From: Armatimonadota bacterium
GTDB taxonomy: Bacteria > Sysuimicrobiota > Sysuimicrobiia > Sysuimicrobiales > Humicultoraceae
Length of the DNA: 40,773 nucleotides
Reading direction: 5' to 3'
NCBI GenBank assembly: GCA_052386995.1
Contig: JBQTJP010000131.1
Span: forward strand, 1 to 40,773
The translations under genes were made by a program, and so were the position numbers. Positions 16,756 to 26,899 of the stretch are shown here, piece after piece (position 1 is the first letter of the stretch; each line of letters opens with the position of its first letter). The notes under the pieces are model-generated. The model did no database searches and was not told where the DNA came from. It was given only the letters and a program-made list of their open reading frames with translations.

Positions 16756-18297
16756 ATGGAACTGCGCGCGCTGCTGGCGGAGCTCGACGCGCCGTCGGTG
16801 GTGGGCGACGCCGCGCAGCCGGTGCGTGGAATCGCGTACCATTCCCGGGAGGTCCAACCCGGGTTTTTGTTTGCCGCGCTCCGGGGCCTGACCCACGATG
16901 GGCTCACATTCGTGGACGAGGCCGCCGCCCGCGGCGCCACCGCCATCCTCGCCGACCGTGACGTGCCGGCCGTGGGCGGCTCGCCCGCGAGTCGCGCGGC
17001 GGGTGTCGCGCTCATCCGGGTCGCCGATGCGCGCCGCGCGCTGGCGCAGATCAGCGCGGCCTTCTACGGCCATCCCTCGCGGCGGCTGCAGGTCATCGGT
17101 GTCACCGGGACCAACGGCAAGGGAGCCACGACGTACCTCATCGAGGCGATGCTCAGGCGCGCCGGGCGGCCGTGCGGCATCATCGGTACGATGGGCGTGG
17201 TCGTCGATGACGAGGTGCAGACGAGTGATCGGACGACGCCCGAAGCCCCCGAGCTGCAGCGGGCGTTGCGCATGATGGTAGAGCGCGGCCGCGAGTACGC
17301 CGCCGTGGAGGTGGCCTCTCATGCGCTGGCGCTCGAACGCGTGACCGGCTGCCGCTTCGCCGTCGGCGTGTTCACGAACCTGACGCGTGACCATCTGGAC
17401 TTCCACCACACCATGGAAGCCTATCGTGCGGCGAAAGCGCGGCTGTTTGCGACGGTCGATCCGTCGGGCTGGGTCGTCCTAAACGCCGACGACCCCGCCG
17501 CCGACGTGATGCGCGCGGTGACGCGGGCGCGGGTGATGACCTACGGCCTGCATCGATCCGCGGATGTGAGGGGCCGCGATCTGTCGCTGCACCTGCGCGG
17601 GAGCGAGTTCACCGCGGACACGCCCGCGGGCACGGTGCGCGTTGCGCTGCGCCTCGCCGGCGCGTTCAACGTGGCCAACGCGCTGGCGGCGCTCGCCGTC
17701 GGCCTCACGCAGGACGTGCCGCTCGCAACGATCGGGGAAGCGCTCGCGACAATGCCGGGCGTTCCGGGCCGATTCGAGGCCGTGGAAGAGGGGCAGCCCT
17801 TTGCGGCGGTGGTCGACTACGCCCATACGCCCGACGGATTGGAGAACGTGCTCCGGACGGCGCGTGAGATCACGCGGGGACGACTCATCGCGGTCTTCGG
17901 CTGCGGCGGCGACCGCGATCGCACGAAGCGGCCCCTCATGGGGCACATCGCCGCGCGGTGGGCCGATCACGTCATCGCGACCTCCGACAATCCGCGCAGC
18001 GAAGATCCGCAGGCCATCATCGACGAGATCCGCCCCGGCATCGAAGCGGGGCGGAGCGGACGCCAGGTTCGCGTCGATATCGAGCCTGATCGCCGCCGCG
18101 CGATCACCGCTGCCATCGCCGCCGCCGCCCCGGGTGACCTGGTGCTGATCGCGGGCAAGGGACACGAGCCCTATCAGGAGGTCGCGGGAAAGCGACATCC
18201 GTTCGATGATCGCCAGGTGGTGCGCGAAGCGCTGCGCGGATCGGGCCGGTCCGCGCGCGCGCGTCGCACCGCCGTGGGAGGTCAGCCCGTTCCATGA
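16756..18297 (+). CDS. murE: UDP-MurNAc-dipeptide:meso-DAP ligase MurE
   Basis: GVTGTNGKG, TTPEA, EVASHAL, FTNLTRDHLDFH, VDYAHTPD, FGCGGDRD, SDNPRSE (DNPR = DAP-type) and AGKGHE. Confidence 0.97.
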   Translation: MELRALLAELDAPSVVGDAAQPVRGIAYHSREVQPGFLFAALRGLTHDGLTFVDEAAARGATAILADRDVPAVGGSPASRAAGVALIRVADARRALAQISAAFYGHPSRRLQVIGVTGTNGKGATTYLIEAMLRRAGRPCGIIGTMGVVVDDEVQTSDRTTPEAPELQRALRMMVERGREYAAVEVASHALALERVTGCRFAVGVFTNLTRDHLDFHHTMEAYRAAKARLFATVDPSGWVVLNADDPAADVMRAVTRARVMTYGLHRSADVRGRDLSLHLRGSEFTADTPAGTVRVALRLAGAFNVANALAALAVGLTQDVPLATIGEALATMPGVPGRFEAVEEGQPFAAVVDYAHTPDGLENVLRTAREITRGRLIAVFGCGGDRDRTKRPLMGHIAARWADHVIATSDNPRSEDPQAIIDEIRPGIEAGRSGRQVRVDIEPDRRRAITAAIAAAAPGDLVLIAGKGHEPYQEVAGKRHPFDDRQVVREALRGSGRSARARRTAVGGQPVP

Positions 18298-19739
18298 CAT
18301 TCCGGCTGACCGTGGCAGATCTGGTCAAAGCCACCGGCGGGCGTCTGATAGCGCCCACGGGCGCGCACCACGCCGGCGGTCCACAGGGGACGGCGCAGCC
18401 AGAGACGTCGATGGTCCCGGAGGTCATGACCGGGGTCGCGACCGACAGCCGCCAGACCGCCCCGGGCGATCTCTTCGTCGCGCTGCGCGGTCCCAACGCG
18501 GACGGCCACGCGTTCGTGGCCGACGCCTTCGCGCGCGGAGCCGTCCTCGCGATGGTGAGCGACGCCGCCGCAGCCTCGGGTCCGGCGCTCGTCGTCGACG
18601 ATCCGCTGCGGGCCCTGGGAGCCATCGCCGCATGGCATCGACACACGCTGCAGACGACGGTTGTGGGCATCACGGGAAGCGTGGGTAAGACCACGACGGT
18701 GGGGCTGTGCGCAAAGGTGCTCGAGACGCGTTACCGCGTGGCGCGGTCGGCCGAATCCTGGAACGCCGAGCTTGGCGTCGCCCTCACCCTGCTCGGCCTG
18801 GACGCGAGGCATGACGTGGCGGTGGTGGAGATGGCGATGCGGGGCCTGGGGCAGATTCGCGACTTGGTCGCGATGGCCCGGCCGAAGATCGGCGCGGTCA
18901 CGACGATTGGCGAGACGCATCTGGAGCTGCTCGGGTCTCGTGAGCAGATCGCGGCGGCCAAGGCCGAACTCCTCGACGGTCTGCCGGCCGACGGCGTGGC
19001 CATCGTGAACGCGGATGAGGCGCTGACCGAGCGGCTTGTCCGCGATGTGCGCTGCCGGATCCTTCCCGTCGGGATCTCTCGCGACGCGGAGGTGCGTGCC
19101 GCCGCGATCACGAGGATTAACGGCAACGGCTACACGTTCCATCTGACGCTTGGCACTCAGGAAGCGGATGTGATCCTGCCGCTCCCGGGCACCCACCAGG
19201 TGCGCAATGCGCTGGTCGGGGCGGCCGTCGGGTATGTCATGGATCTCACCCCGCGCGAGATTATCGCCGGCCTCGCTCGCGCGCGTCCGGCGAAGATGCG
19301 TCAGGACATCGTGACCGTGGGCGACGTGCTCCTCATCGACGACACGTACAATGCCAGCCCGCAGTCGATGGACGCCGCATTCGAAGTGGTGGCGCAGGTG
19401 GGCGGCCGGCGTCGCCGGGTCTTGGCGCTTGGTGAGATGCGGGAGCTGGGACCGCAGGCTCAGGAGCTCCACCGCCGCGTCGGTCAGAGGGCCGCGGCCC
19501 TCGCACCGGCCTGCCTGCTCGCCGTGGGACCCAACGCGCACTGGTACCTCGACGGCGCGGCCGCCGCGGGCCTGGAGGCGACGGCGATGGTCTCTGCGCC
19601 GACGGCCGCCGACGCCCTCCCAGTGTTGCGCCAGATCGTACAACCGGGCGATGTCGTGCTGATCAAAGGCTCGCGCGCCGTCGAGATGGAGCATCTCGCC
19701 GATGCGCTCCGCGCGCGCGAGCCGGTGAGGAACGCGTGA
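18294..19739 (+). CDS. murF: UDP-MurNAc-tripeptide:D-Ala-D-Ala ligase MurF
   Basis: TDSR, GITGSVGKTTT, NAELGV, VVEMAM, HLELLGS, IDDTYNASP.SM, LGEMRELG and IKGSR. Confidence 0.96.
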   Translation: MTFRLTVADLVKATGGRLIAPTGAHHAGGPQGTAQPETSMVPEVMTGVATDSRQTAPGDLFVALRGPNADGHAFVADAFARGAVLAMVSDAAAASGPALVVDDPLRALGAIAAWHRHTLQTTVVGITGSVGKTTTVGLCAKVLETRYRVARSAESWNAELGVALTLLGLDARHDVAVVEMAMRGLGQIRDLVAMARPKIGAVTTIGETHLELLGSREQIAAAKAELLDGLPADGVAIVNADEALTERLVRDVRCRILPVGISRDAEVRAAAITRINGNGYTFHLTLGTQEADVILPLPGTHQVRNALVGAAVGYVMDLTPREIIAGLARARPAKMRQDIVTVGDVLLIDDTYNASPQSMDAAFEVVAQVGGRRRRVLALGEMRELGPQAQELHRRVGQRAAALAPACLLAVGPNAHWYLDGAAAAGLEATAMVSAPTAADALPVLRQIVQPGDVVLIKGSRAVEMEHLADALRAREPVRNA

Positions 19740-20719
19740 GCATGGTCGCCGGGCTGCCGCCGTGGGCGCAGATCGCCGGCGCCCTGGGCGTGGCCGGCGG
19801 CCTCGTCGCGCTCGCCGGTGCGAAGACCATCGCGATGCTGCGCGCCTGGGGACAGCGGCAGCGGATCCGCGACGATGCGCCGACGCGGCACCGCGACAAG
19901 GCGGGCACGCCGACGATGGGCGGCGTGCTGATCGTCGCGGCCATCACCGCGGCCGCGCTGCTGCTCGCCGGGCCGCGGGCGCCGGTGCTCTTCGCGCTTG
20001 CGGCGCTGCTCGGATTCGGCGCGATCGGTCTCTGGGACGATCTCGTGGCGGTCCAACGCAACCGCAACCTGGGCCTTCGCGCTCGGGAGCGCCTGGCGCT
20101 GCAGCTCGCACTGGGATTCGCCCTGGCGTGGATCGCGGCCAGGCAGTCCTGGCTGGACACCGCGGTGTCCTTCCCCGGTCTCGGCGAGGTCGATCTCGGA
20201 CGGGCCTACGTCATCTTCGCAGGACTGCTGTTTGTAGGGTTCACCAACGCCGTGAATCTCACCGACGGCCTGGACGGCCTGGCGGCCCAGCTGGTCGCGA
20301 TCGCCGCGCTGGGATTCTTCGCCATCGCGCTCATGCGCGGTCTCGTTCCCGCCGCGGTGGTGGCGATCGCCGTCGCCGGTGCCTGCGCGGGTTTCCTCCC
20401 TTATAATGCGTATCCGGCCCGGGTGTTCATGGGTGACGTCGGCTCGAATGCGCTGGGAGGCGTCCTCGCCGCGCTGGCCATCATCACCGGGGCAGAGATC
20501 GGCCTGTTTGTCATCGGCGGGGTGTTCGTCGCGGTGGCCGCATCGGTGATCCTGCAGGTGGCGTACTTCAAGGTGACCGGCGGCCGGCGCATCTTTCGCA
20601 TGAGCCCGCTCCACCACCACTTCGAGCTGGTTGGCTGGTCGGAGCCCACGATCGTTCGCCGGTTCACATGGGCGGGGGTGCTCTGCAATCTGATCGGTGT
20701 GCTGGTGACGCGGAGATGA
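19736..20719 (+). CDS. mraY: Phospho-MurNAc-pentapeptide translocase MraY
   Basis: KAGTPTMGG, GLWDD, NAVNLTDGLDGLA, PARVFMGDVGS and FRMSPLHHHFEL. Confidence 0.97.
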   Translation: MSMVAGLPPWAQIAGALGVAGGLVALAGAKTIAMLRAWGQRQRIRDDAPTRHRDKAGTPTMGGVLIVAAITAAALLLAGPRAPVLFALAALLGFGAIGLWDDLVAVQRNRNLGLRARERLALQLALGFALAWIAARQSWLDTAVSFPGLGEVDLGRAYVIFAGLLFVGFTNAVNLTDGLDGLAAQLVAIAALGFFAIALMRGLVPAAVVAIAVAGACAGFLPYNAYPARVFMGDVGSNALGGVLAALAIITGAEIGLFVIGGVFVAVAASVILQVAYFKVTGGRRIFRMSPLHHHFELVGWSEPTIVRRFTWAGVLCNLIGVLVTRR

Positions 20720-22230
20720 CCTCTCCGCGCGTCGCCGCCGTCCTCGACAGGCTGCGGGGCCGGCGCATCCACGTGCTGGGCCCGGCGGGGACCGAAGGCA
20801 CCGCGGTGCTCGACTTTCTCCTCAAGGGCGGGATCACGTCCTTGACGGCGCACGACCTGGAACCGCCGGAGCGGTTCGAGGCGACTGTGGCGCGCACGCA
20901 CCAATGGCTGGACACCGATGGACAGGCCGACCTCGTTCGCCGGTTCCGCGCGGCGCCGATCGCGTGGCGGCAAGGCGCCCGGTATCTCGAGGGCATCGAA
21001 CAGGCAGAGGTGATCTTCGTCCCCCAGTCCTGGTTCCGGCATGCAGACAACGATCCGGTACGCGCGGCGGCCGCGCGCGGCATCCCGCTGTCGAGCATGA
21101 CGCATCTCTTCTTCGAGGTGTGGGAAGGACCGATTCTCGGCGTCACCGGCACCAACGGCAAGTTCACGGTGGCCACGATGATTGCGGCGATGCTCGAGGC
21201 CGCCGGCATCCCTGCGCTCGCGTCCGGCAACGACCGGACGCATGTCCCCGCGCTCTACAACCTGGACCAGATGAGCCCGCGGACCTGGCTGGTGCTCGAA
21301 GTGAGCAACCGGCAGCTGCTCGATCTTCCTTACAGTCCGCACGTGGCGGTCGTTACCAACGTCGCGCCGCACCACCTCGACGATCACGGCTCACTCGGCG
21401 CGTACGTCGAGGCCAAGCGGACGATCGTGCGCCATCAGACATCAGCCGACCACGCGGTGCTCAACGCCGATGACCCGCTCGTGGCGGGGATGGCCGAGGG
21501 CGCCGCCGCGACGCTGCACTGGTTCAGCCGCCGGCATGCCGTGGAGCGTGGCGCCGCGGTGGACGCCGGACGCGTCGTGCTGACCGGTGGGCGCGGCGCC
21601 GCGGCGCGGCCGGTGCTCGATGTCGGCGACCTGGCCACCACGGCCGCGCACGTGGTGGAGAACGCGCTGGCGGCGGTTGCCGCCGCGGCAATCGCCGGCG
21701 TGGAACCCGCGGCGATGGCCACGGTCCTGCGCGCGTTTCGGGGGTTGCCCTATCGGTTCCACCTGGTGGGCGAGCGGGGCGCCATCGCGTTCTTCGAGGA
21801 CTCCCTGGCAACGAACCCTACGGCCGCGGCCGCGGCGATCAGCGGCATGACGCGGCCCTTCCACCTCATCGCCGGAGGGCACCGGCGCTCGGCGAAGCCC
21901 GATGACTTCGCGCCCATGGTGCGCGCGCTGGACGGCTCGCCGGTGCGGGCGATCTACTTGATCGGAGCGACCGCACCGATCCTGGCAGAGGCGCTGGCCG
22001 CGGTCGTACGGCCGTCGGGTCCGCGCGTCCTTCAGGCCGTGACCCTCGAGCGCGCCGTCACCGAAGCCTGGGAGGCCGCCGCGCCCGGTGAGGCCATCGT
22101 GCTGTCACCCGGATGCGAGAGCTTCGACCAGTTCACCGACTACCGCCACCGCGGCGATCGTTTCAGGGTGCTGGTGGGAGAGCTCCCCGCGCACGCGGGA
22201 CGCGGGAAGGCGCGCGGCGCATCGGTATGA
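20716..22230 (+). CDS. murD: UDP-MurNAc-L-Ala:Glu ligase MurD, strongly divergent
   Basis: GVTGTNGKFT, LEVSNRQL, NVAPHHLDDHG, EDSLATNP and LSPGCESFDQF..Y..RG..F. Located between mraY and ftsW, with an ATGA overlap at 20716. Confidence 0.88.
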   Translation: MTSPRVAAVLDRLRGRRIHVLGPAGTEGTAVLDFLLKGGITSLTAHDLEPPERFEATVARTHQWLDTDGQADLVRRFRAAPIAWRQGARYLEGIEQAEVIFVPQSWFRHADNDPVRAAAARGIPLSSMTHLFFEVWEGPILGVTGTNGKFTVATMIAAMLEAAGIPALASGNDRTHVPALYNLDQMSPRTWLVLEVSNRQLLDLPYSPHVAVVTNVAPHHLDDHGSLGAYVEAKRTIVRHQTSADHAVLNADDPLVAGMAEGAAATLHWFSRRHAVERGAAVDAGRVVLTGGRGAAARPVLDVGDLATTAAHVVENALAAVAAAAIAGVEPAAMATVLRAFRGLPYRFHLVGERGAIAFFEDSLATNPTAAAAAISGMTRPFHLIAGGHRRSAKPDDFAPMVRALDGSPVRAIYLIGATAPILAEALAAVVRPSGPRVLQAVTLERAVTEAWEAAAPGEAIVLSPGCESFDQFTDYRHRGDRFRVLVGELPAHAGRGKARGASV

Positions 22231-23402
22231 AGACACATCCGCCCGTGCTGCGCCGGCGGCCGCCCGATCTCATCCTGTTCGCCGCCGTCTCGGCGCTGGC
22301 GGGCCTCGGGCTGGTCATGGTGTACAGCGCGAGCAGCGCCGTGGCGTTCGATCGCCTCGATGACAGCGCGTACTTCCTCAAGCGTCAGGCCATGTGGATC
22401 GCCCTGGGCCTCGGCGCTATGTGGCTGGCCCGGAGCGTCCACTATCAGCGCTTGCGCGCGTACACCGTGCCGCTGCTGCTCTTCGCGGCGGTGTGCATGG
22501 TGGCGGTGCTGATCCCCGGCATCGGGCGCGTGGCCGGCGGTGCGCGGCGGTGGATTACCGCGGGCCCGTTCAGCTTCCAACCCGTCGAGATAGCCAAGCT
22601 GGCGATGGTGCTCTACCTGTCGCACATCGTGACGCGCCGCGGCGCGGCGATCCGCGACTTTCGAGGAGGCGTGATACCGCCCCTGGCCCTCACCGCCGGG
22701 TTCGGACTGCTCGTCTTGCGGCAGCCCGACATGGGATCGGCGCTGCTGCTCGGCGCGGTGACGATCGTCGTGCTATTCCTCGCAGGGGCGCGGGTGTTCC
22801 ACCTTGCCGGGGTGGCGGTCGCAGCTGTGCCGGTGATGGCGCTTGCCGTGGCGGCGGCCGATTACCGGCTGGCGCGCGTCGTGGCGTTCCTCGACCCCTG
22901 GCGGGATCCGCAGGGCAGCGGGTTTCACATCATTCAGTCACTGCTGGCGTTCGGATCGGGCGGAATTTTGGGGGTCGGCCTCGGGGCGAGCCGCCAGAAG
23001 TTTTTCTATCTTCCGGAGCGCCACACCGATTTCATCTTTGCGATTCTGGGGGAAGAGCTGGGGCTGCTCGGCACGATCGGGCTGCTGGTGTTGTTCGCCC
23101 TTCTGGCCTACCGCGGATGGCGTATCGCGCGCGCCGCGCCCGACCGTTTCGGGGCGCTCTTGGCGTCGGGCATCACCGCGACGATCGTCGCGCAGGCGCT
23201 GCTCAATATGGGCGTCGCGACGGGCGTGTTGCCGGTCACCGGTATCCCGCTCCCGCTGGTGAGCTTCGGCGGGTCGTCGCTCGTCGTCACGATGTTCCAG
23301 GTTGGCATCCTGCTGAATATCTCGCAGTACGCGCACGTGCAGGTGCCTGCCGCGGCTGGGGTCATCCCCGCGGCGGCCGGCCGGGCATGGAGCACCCCAT
23401 GA
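22227..23402 (+). CDS. ftsW: SEDS peptidoglycan polymerase FtsW
   Basis: GLVMVYSAS, GARRWI, FQPVEIAK, QPDMGS, YLPERHTDFIFAILGEELG and PVTGIPLPLVSFGGSS. ATG at 22227 overlaps the murD stop. Confidence 0.96.
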   Translation: MKTHPPVLRRRPPDLILFAAVSALAGLGLVMVYSASSAVAFDRLDDSAYFLKRQAMWIALGLGAMWLARSVHYQRLRAYTVPLLLFAAVCMVAVLIPGIGRVAGGARRWITAGPFSFQPVEIAKLAMVLYLSHIVTRRGAAIRDFRGGVIPPLALTAGFGLLVLRQPDMGSALLLGAVTIVVLFLAGARVFHLAGVAVAAVPVMALAVAAADYRLARVVAFLDPWRDPQGSGFHIIQSLLAFGSGGILGVGLGASRQKFFYLPERHTDFIFAILGEELGLLGTIGLLVLFALLAYRGWRIARAAPDRFGALLASGITATIVAQALLNMGVATGVLPVTGIPLPLVSFGGSSLVVTMFQVGILLNISQYAHVQVPAAAGVIPAAAGRAWSTP

Positions 23403-24526
23403 AGGTCCTCTTGACCGGAGGGGGGACGGGGGGGCATCTCTACCCTGCGCTGGCCATCGCGGAAGCGCTGCGGCAGCGGCGGCCTGATGTAGAGATCCTC
23501 TTTGTCGGCGGTGACCGCATCGAGTCGCGTATTGTGCCGCAGGAAGGCTGGGCATTCCAGCCAATTGCCTCGCGCGGGCTGCCGCGGCGGCCAGGCCTGG
23601 CGACGCTCATCGCGCTCGGCGCGACAGGGGTCGGGACGGCGCAGGCTGCGCGCATTCTGTGGCGCTGGCGGCCCGACGTCGTCGTCGCAACCGGGGGCTA
23701 TGTCTGCGTGCCGGTGGGGTGCGCCACGGCGATCTTCCGCATCCCGTTGTTGATCCAGGAGCAGAACGTCCGGCCCGGCCTTGCCACGCGAGTCCTCGCA
23801 CGATGGGCGCGGTGCGCGTCCATTCCGCACCCGGACACCGCCCCGAGGCTGAGAAGCAGGCGAACCGAAGTGACCGGCGTGCCGATGCGCCGCAGGGCGC
23901 TGGAGGGTGATCGCGCGCGCGCAATCGCGCGCTGGAATCTCGCCGCCGACCGGCTGACCCTGCTCATCATCGGCGGCAGCCAGGGCGCCGCCAGCATCAA
24001 CCGCGCCGTCTCGCGCCTCGGCGACCTCCTGATGTACGAGGAGCGGCTGCAGATTCTCCATCACACGGGCGCCGAGGATGTGCACGCGGTGCGCGAGGCC
24101 ATCGGCCATCGCGAGCACGTCGGGCCGCCGGCGCTTCGGCACGTCGCCGTACCATTTCTGGATCCCATCGGCGACGCGTATGCATGCGCCGATCTCGTGC
24201 TGTGCCGGGGCGGCGCCTCGACCCTGGCCGAGGTCACGGCGTGGGGCCTGCCCGCCGTCGTGGTTCCGTACCCACACGCCGGACGCCATCAGGAGGACAA
24301 CGCCGCCGTGCTCGTACGCGCCGGCGCGGCCGTGCGTCTGGGCGACGGCGATCTCGATGGAACCGCGCTGGTGCACGCCATCTCTGCACTGCTGGAGGAC
24401 CGGGCGCGCCGCACGGCGATGTCCGCGGCGAGCCGGAGCCTCGGACGTCCCAACGCCGCCGACGTCCTTGCCGGGCTGGTGGAAGCCTTGGCCCGCGGGG
24501 GCCAGGTGGCGGAGGTCCGGGCGTGA
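23399..24526 (+). CDS. murG: Lipid II GlcNAc transferase MurG
   Basis: MKVLLTGGGTGGHLYPALA, TGGYV, EQN, GGSQGA, RGGASTLAE and HQEDNA. Start at the ATGA overlap 23399. Confidence 0.97.
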   Translation: MKVLLTGGGTGGHLYPALAIAEALRQRRPDVEILFVGGDRIESRIVPQEGWAFQPIASRGLPRRPGLATLIALGATGVGTAQAARILWRWRPDVVVATGGYVCVPVGCATAIFRIPLLIQEQNVRPGLATRVLARWARCASIPHPDTAPRLRSRRTEVTGVPMRRRALEGDRARAIARWNLAADRLTLLIIGGSQGAASINRAVSRLGDLLMYEERLQILHHTGAEDVHAVREAIGHREHVGPPALRHVAVPFLDPIGDAYACADLVLCRGGASTLAEVTAWGLPAVVVPYPHAGRHQEDNAAVLVRAGAAVRLGDGDLDGTALVHAISALLEDRARRTAMSAASRSLGRPNAADVLAGLVEALARGGQVAEVRA

Positions 24527-25944
24527 TTCCCGCCGGCGCCCACGTCCACTTCGTCGGCATCGGCGGTGCGGGGATGAGCGCGCTCGCGCAGCTCATGCTC
24601 GGCCGCGGGTTCATGGTCTCGGGATGCGATGTGCGGGACTCGGATGCGACGCATCGTCTCCGGCGGCTGGGCGGCGTCGTGCACATCGGGCATGCGCCGG
24701 GGCATCTGGCCGGCGTGGATATCGTCGTCGTGTCCCGCGCGATCCCTCAGGACAGCGAAGAACTGGAGGCGGCGCGCGCGAAGGGTCTGCCGGTCCTTCA
24801 CCGGGCGGCGGTCCTCGGTCAGGTGCTGGCCATGGGGAAAGGCGTGGCCGTCGTCGGGACACACGGCAAGACGACCACGACGGCGATGCTCACCCGCGTG
24901 CTGGCGGTGGGGGGGCTCGATCCGACGGCTCTGATCGGCGCCGACGTGGCCGAGTACGGCGGAAATGTCCGCAGCGGCGCGGGTCGATGGATCGTCGCCG
25001 AAGTCGACGAGAGTGATGGGTCGCTCCTCCATGTCGCGCCGTTCGCGGCGGTGCTCACCAGCCTGGACGTGACCGATCATCGCGACTTCTACACGTCGGC
25101 CGCGCATCTCAACGACACGTTCGAGCGTTTCCTGCGGAGCGTCGATGCGACGGGCTTCGTGGTCGCGTGCATCGATCACCGCGAGGTGAGCAACCTGCGC
25201 GCCGTCCTGGGCCGGCCCGTGGTCACCTACGGATTCGATCGCCACGCCGCGGTGCGCGGGACGGTGAAGGCGATCAGGCACCACACGAGCCGCACGACGG
25301 TCTGGGTGAATCGCCGGGCCGCCGGCGAGCTCGTGCTTCAAGTCGCGGGGCGCCACAACATTTGCAACGCCCTCGGCGCGATCGCGGCGGCGCATCAGGC
25401 CGGCGTGCCGGCGGAGGTCGCCATCGAGGCCTTGCGGGACTATCGCGGCGCATCGCGGCGCTTTGCGATCCGCGGCGAGGCTGCCGGCGTGCTCGTCGTG
25501 GACGACTACGCGCACAATCCCACGAAGGTCGCCGCCGTGCTCCGCGCCGCACGTGACGGCTGGCCGCGCCGCCGGGTGATCGCGCTTTTCCAGCCGCACC
25601 GCTTCTCCCGCACTCGCACGACCCATGCCGAGTTTGGCGGCGCGTTTGGCGAGGCCGATGAGGTCGTGGTGACCGAGATCTATGCGGCCGGTGAACGGCC
25701 GGAAGCCGGCGTCAGCGCCCGATTGATCGTCGACGCGATCGCCAGGGAGCGACCGGTCCACTTTCGCACGACGACCGAGGAGGCGCTCGATCTCGTCGAA
25801 GGGCTGGTTGCGCCCGGCGACATCGTGCTCACGCTCGGGGCAGGAGACATCGGGGATGCGGCCGATGCCTTGCTGGCTCGCCTGTCCGCCCGGTTGCCCG
25901 CGAGCCCGCCTGGTGCGTCCACACCGGCCGAGGGGCGACCGTGA
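24523..25944 (+). CDS. murC: UDP-MurNAc:L-Ala ligase MurC
   Basis: HFVGIGGAGMSALA, GTHGKTTT, EVDESDGS, DDYAHNPT, FQPHRFSRT and TLGAGDI. GTGA overlap at 24523. Confidence 0.96.
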   Translation: MIPAGAHVHFVGIGGAGMSALAQLMLGRGFMVSGCDVRDSDATHRLRRLGGVVHIGHAPGHLAGVDIVVVSRAIPQDSEELEAARAKGLPVLHRAAVLGQVLAMGKGVAVVGTHGKTTTTAMLTRVLAVGGLDPTALIGADVAEYGGNVRSGAGRWIVAEVDESDGSLLHVAPFAAVLTSLDVTDHRDFYTSAAHLNDTFERFLRSVDATGFVVACIDHREVSNLRAVLGRPVVTYGFDRHAAVRGTVKAIRHHTSRTTVWVNRRAAGELVLQVAGRHNICNALGAIAAAHQAGVPAEVAIEALRDYRGASRRFAIRGEAAGVLVVDDYAHNPTKVAAVLRAARDGWPRRRVIALFQPHRFSRTRTTHAEFGGAFGEADEVVVTEIYAAGERPEAGVSARLIVDAIARERPVHFRTTTEEALDLVEGLVAPGDIVLTLGAGDIGDAADALLARLSARLPASPPGASTPAEGRP

Positions 25945-26885
25945 CGGTACCCGAGAGGCAACCGGTGACGGCCACCGACGGTGCACTCGCCACACTGGAG
26001 CACCGCCTGCGCCAGGTGGTGCGCGATGTGCGGCGCGACGCGCCGCTGGGTCGACACGTCGCCTTCCGCATCGGGGGCCCCGCCGATCTGCTCGTGATCC
26101 CCCGTGACGCAGGCGAACTCCGCGACGCGGCGATCGCGCTGTGTGCGGCGAATGTCCGCCCGGTGGTTTTGGGCCACGGCTCGAACGTCTTGATCGGCGA
26201 CGGCGGCATCCGCGGCGTGGTGCTCAAGATCGGCAAGGGCGTCGACCGCGTGGAGATCGACGGCGCGCGAGTGACCGCAGAGGCCGGCGCGGGCCTGCCG
26301 GCGCTCGCCCTGCGCACCGCGCGGCAGGGGCTGTCGGGACTGGAGTTTGCCGCCGGCATTCCGGCCTCCGTCGGTGGAGGCGTGGTGATGAACGCGGGCG
26401 CGCACGGGCATGCGATGGCCGACATCGTGGAAGCCGTCGATGTGCTGACCGCCGAGGGCGAACGGCGCCTCGACCGGAACGCGCTGGGGTGGGCCTACCG
26501 CACCAGCGTCCTTCAGGAGCACCCGTGGCTGGTCAGCCGTGTCGTGATGGCGCTGCGGCCGGAGGATGCCTCTGCCGTGCGGCGGCGCCTGGACGACTGG
26601 CTCGCGCACCGCGGAGCCACGCAGCCCATCGGGCCGCCCAGTTCGGGGTGCGTGTTTCGCAACCCGGCGGGCGATCATGCCGGCAGGCTGATCGAGCTGG
26701 CTGGCGGCAAGGGCTTGGCGGCCGGCGGCGCCTGCGTGTCAGACCTGCATGCCAACTACATCATCAATCGGGGCGGCGCAACAGCGGCGGACGTGCGGGG
26801 CCTCGCCGATCAGGTCCGGACGCGCGTGATGGAACGTACAGGTATCCTTCTCGAACTGGAGGTCAAGTTGCTGGGCGAGTTCTAG
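25941..26885 (+). CDS. murB: UDP-N-acetylenolpyruvoylglucosamine reductase MurB
   Basis: FRIGGPA, LGHGSNVL, GLEFAAGIPASVGG...MNAGA, QP...PSSGCVFRNP, HANYIIN and LELEV. Confidence 0.96.
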   Translation: MTVPERQPVTATDGALATLEHRLRQVVRDVRRDAPLGRHVAFRIGGPADLLVIPRDAGELRDAAIALCAANVRPVVLGHGSNVLIGDGGIRGVVLKIGKGVDRVEIDGARVTAEAGAGLPALALRTARQGLSGLEFAAGIPASVGGGVVMNAGAHGHAMADIVEAVDVLTAEGERRLDRNALGWAYRTSVLQEHPWLVSRVVMALRPEDASAVRRRLDDWLAHRGATQPIGPPSSGCVFRNPAGDHAGRLIELAGGKGLAAGGACVSDLHANYIINRGGATAADVRGLADQVRTRVMERTGILLELEVKLLGEF

Positions 26886-26899
26886 CAACGAGGCAGATC

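Noticed and set aside
22394..26899. Apparent long N-terminal extensions or fusions on MurG (710 aa), MurC (586 aa) and FtsQ (529 aa) in the ORF track
   Set aside because: Artefacts of taking the first possible start. Real starts sit at stop/start overlaps (23399, 24523) or just after murB.
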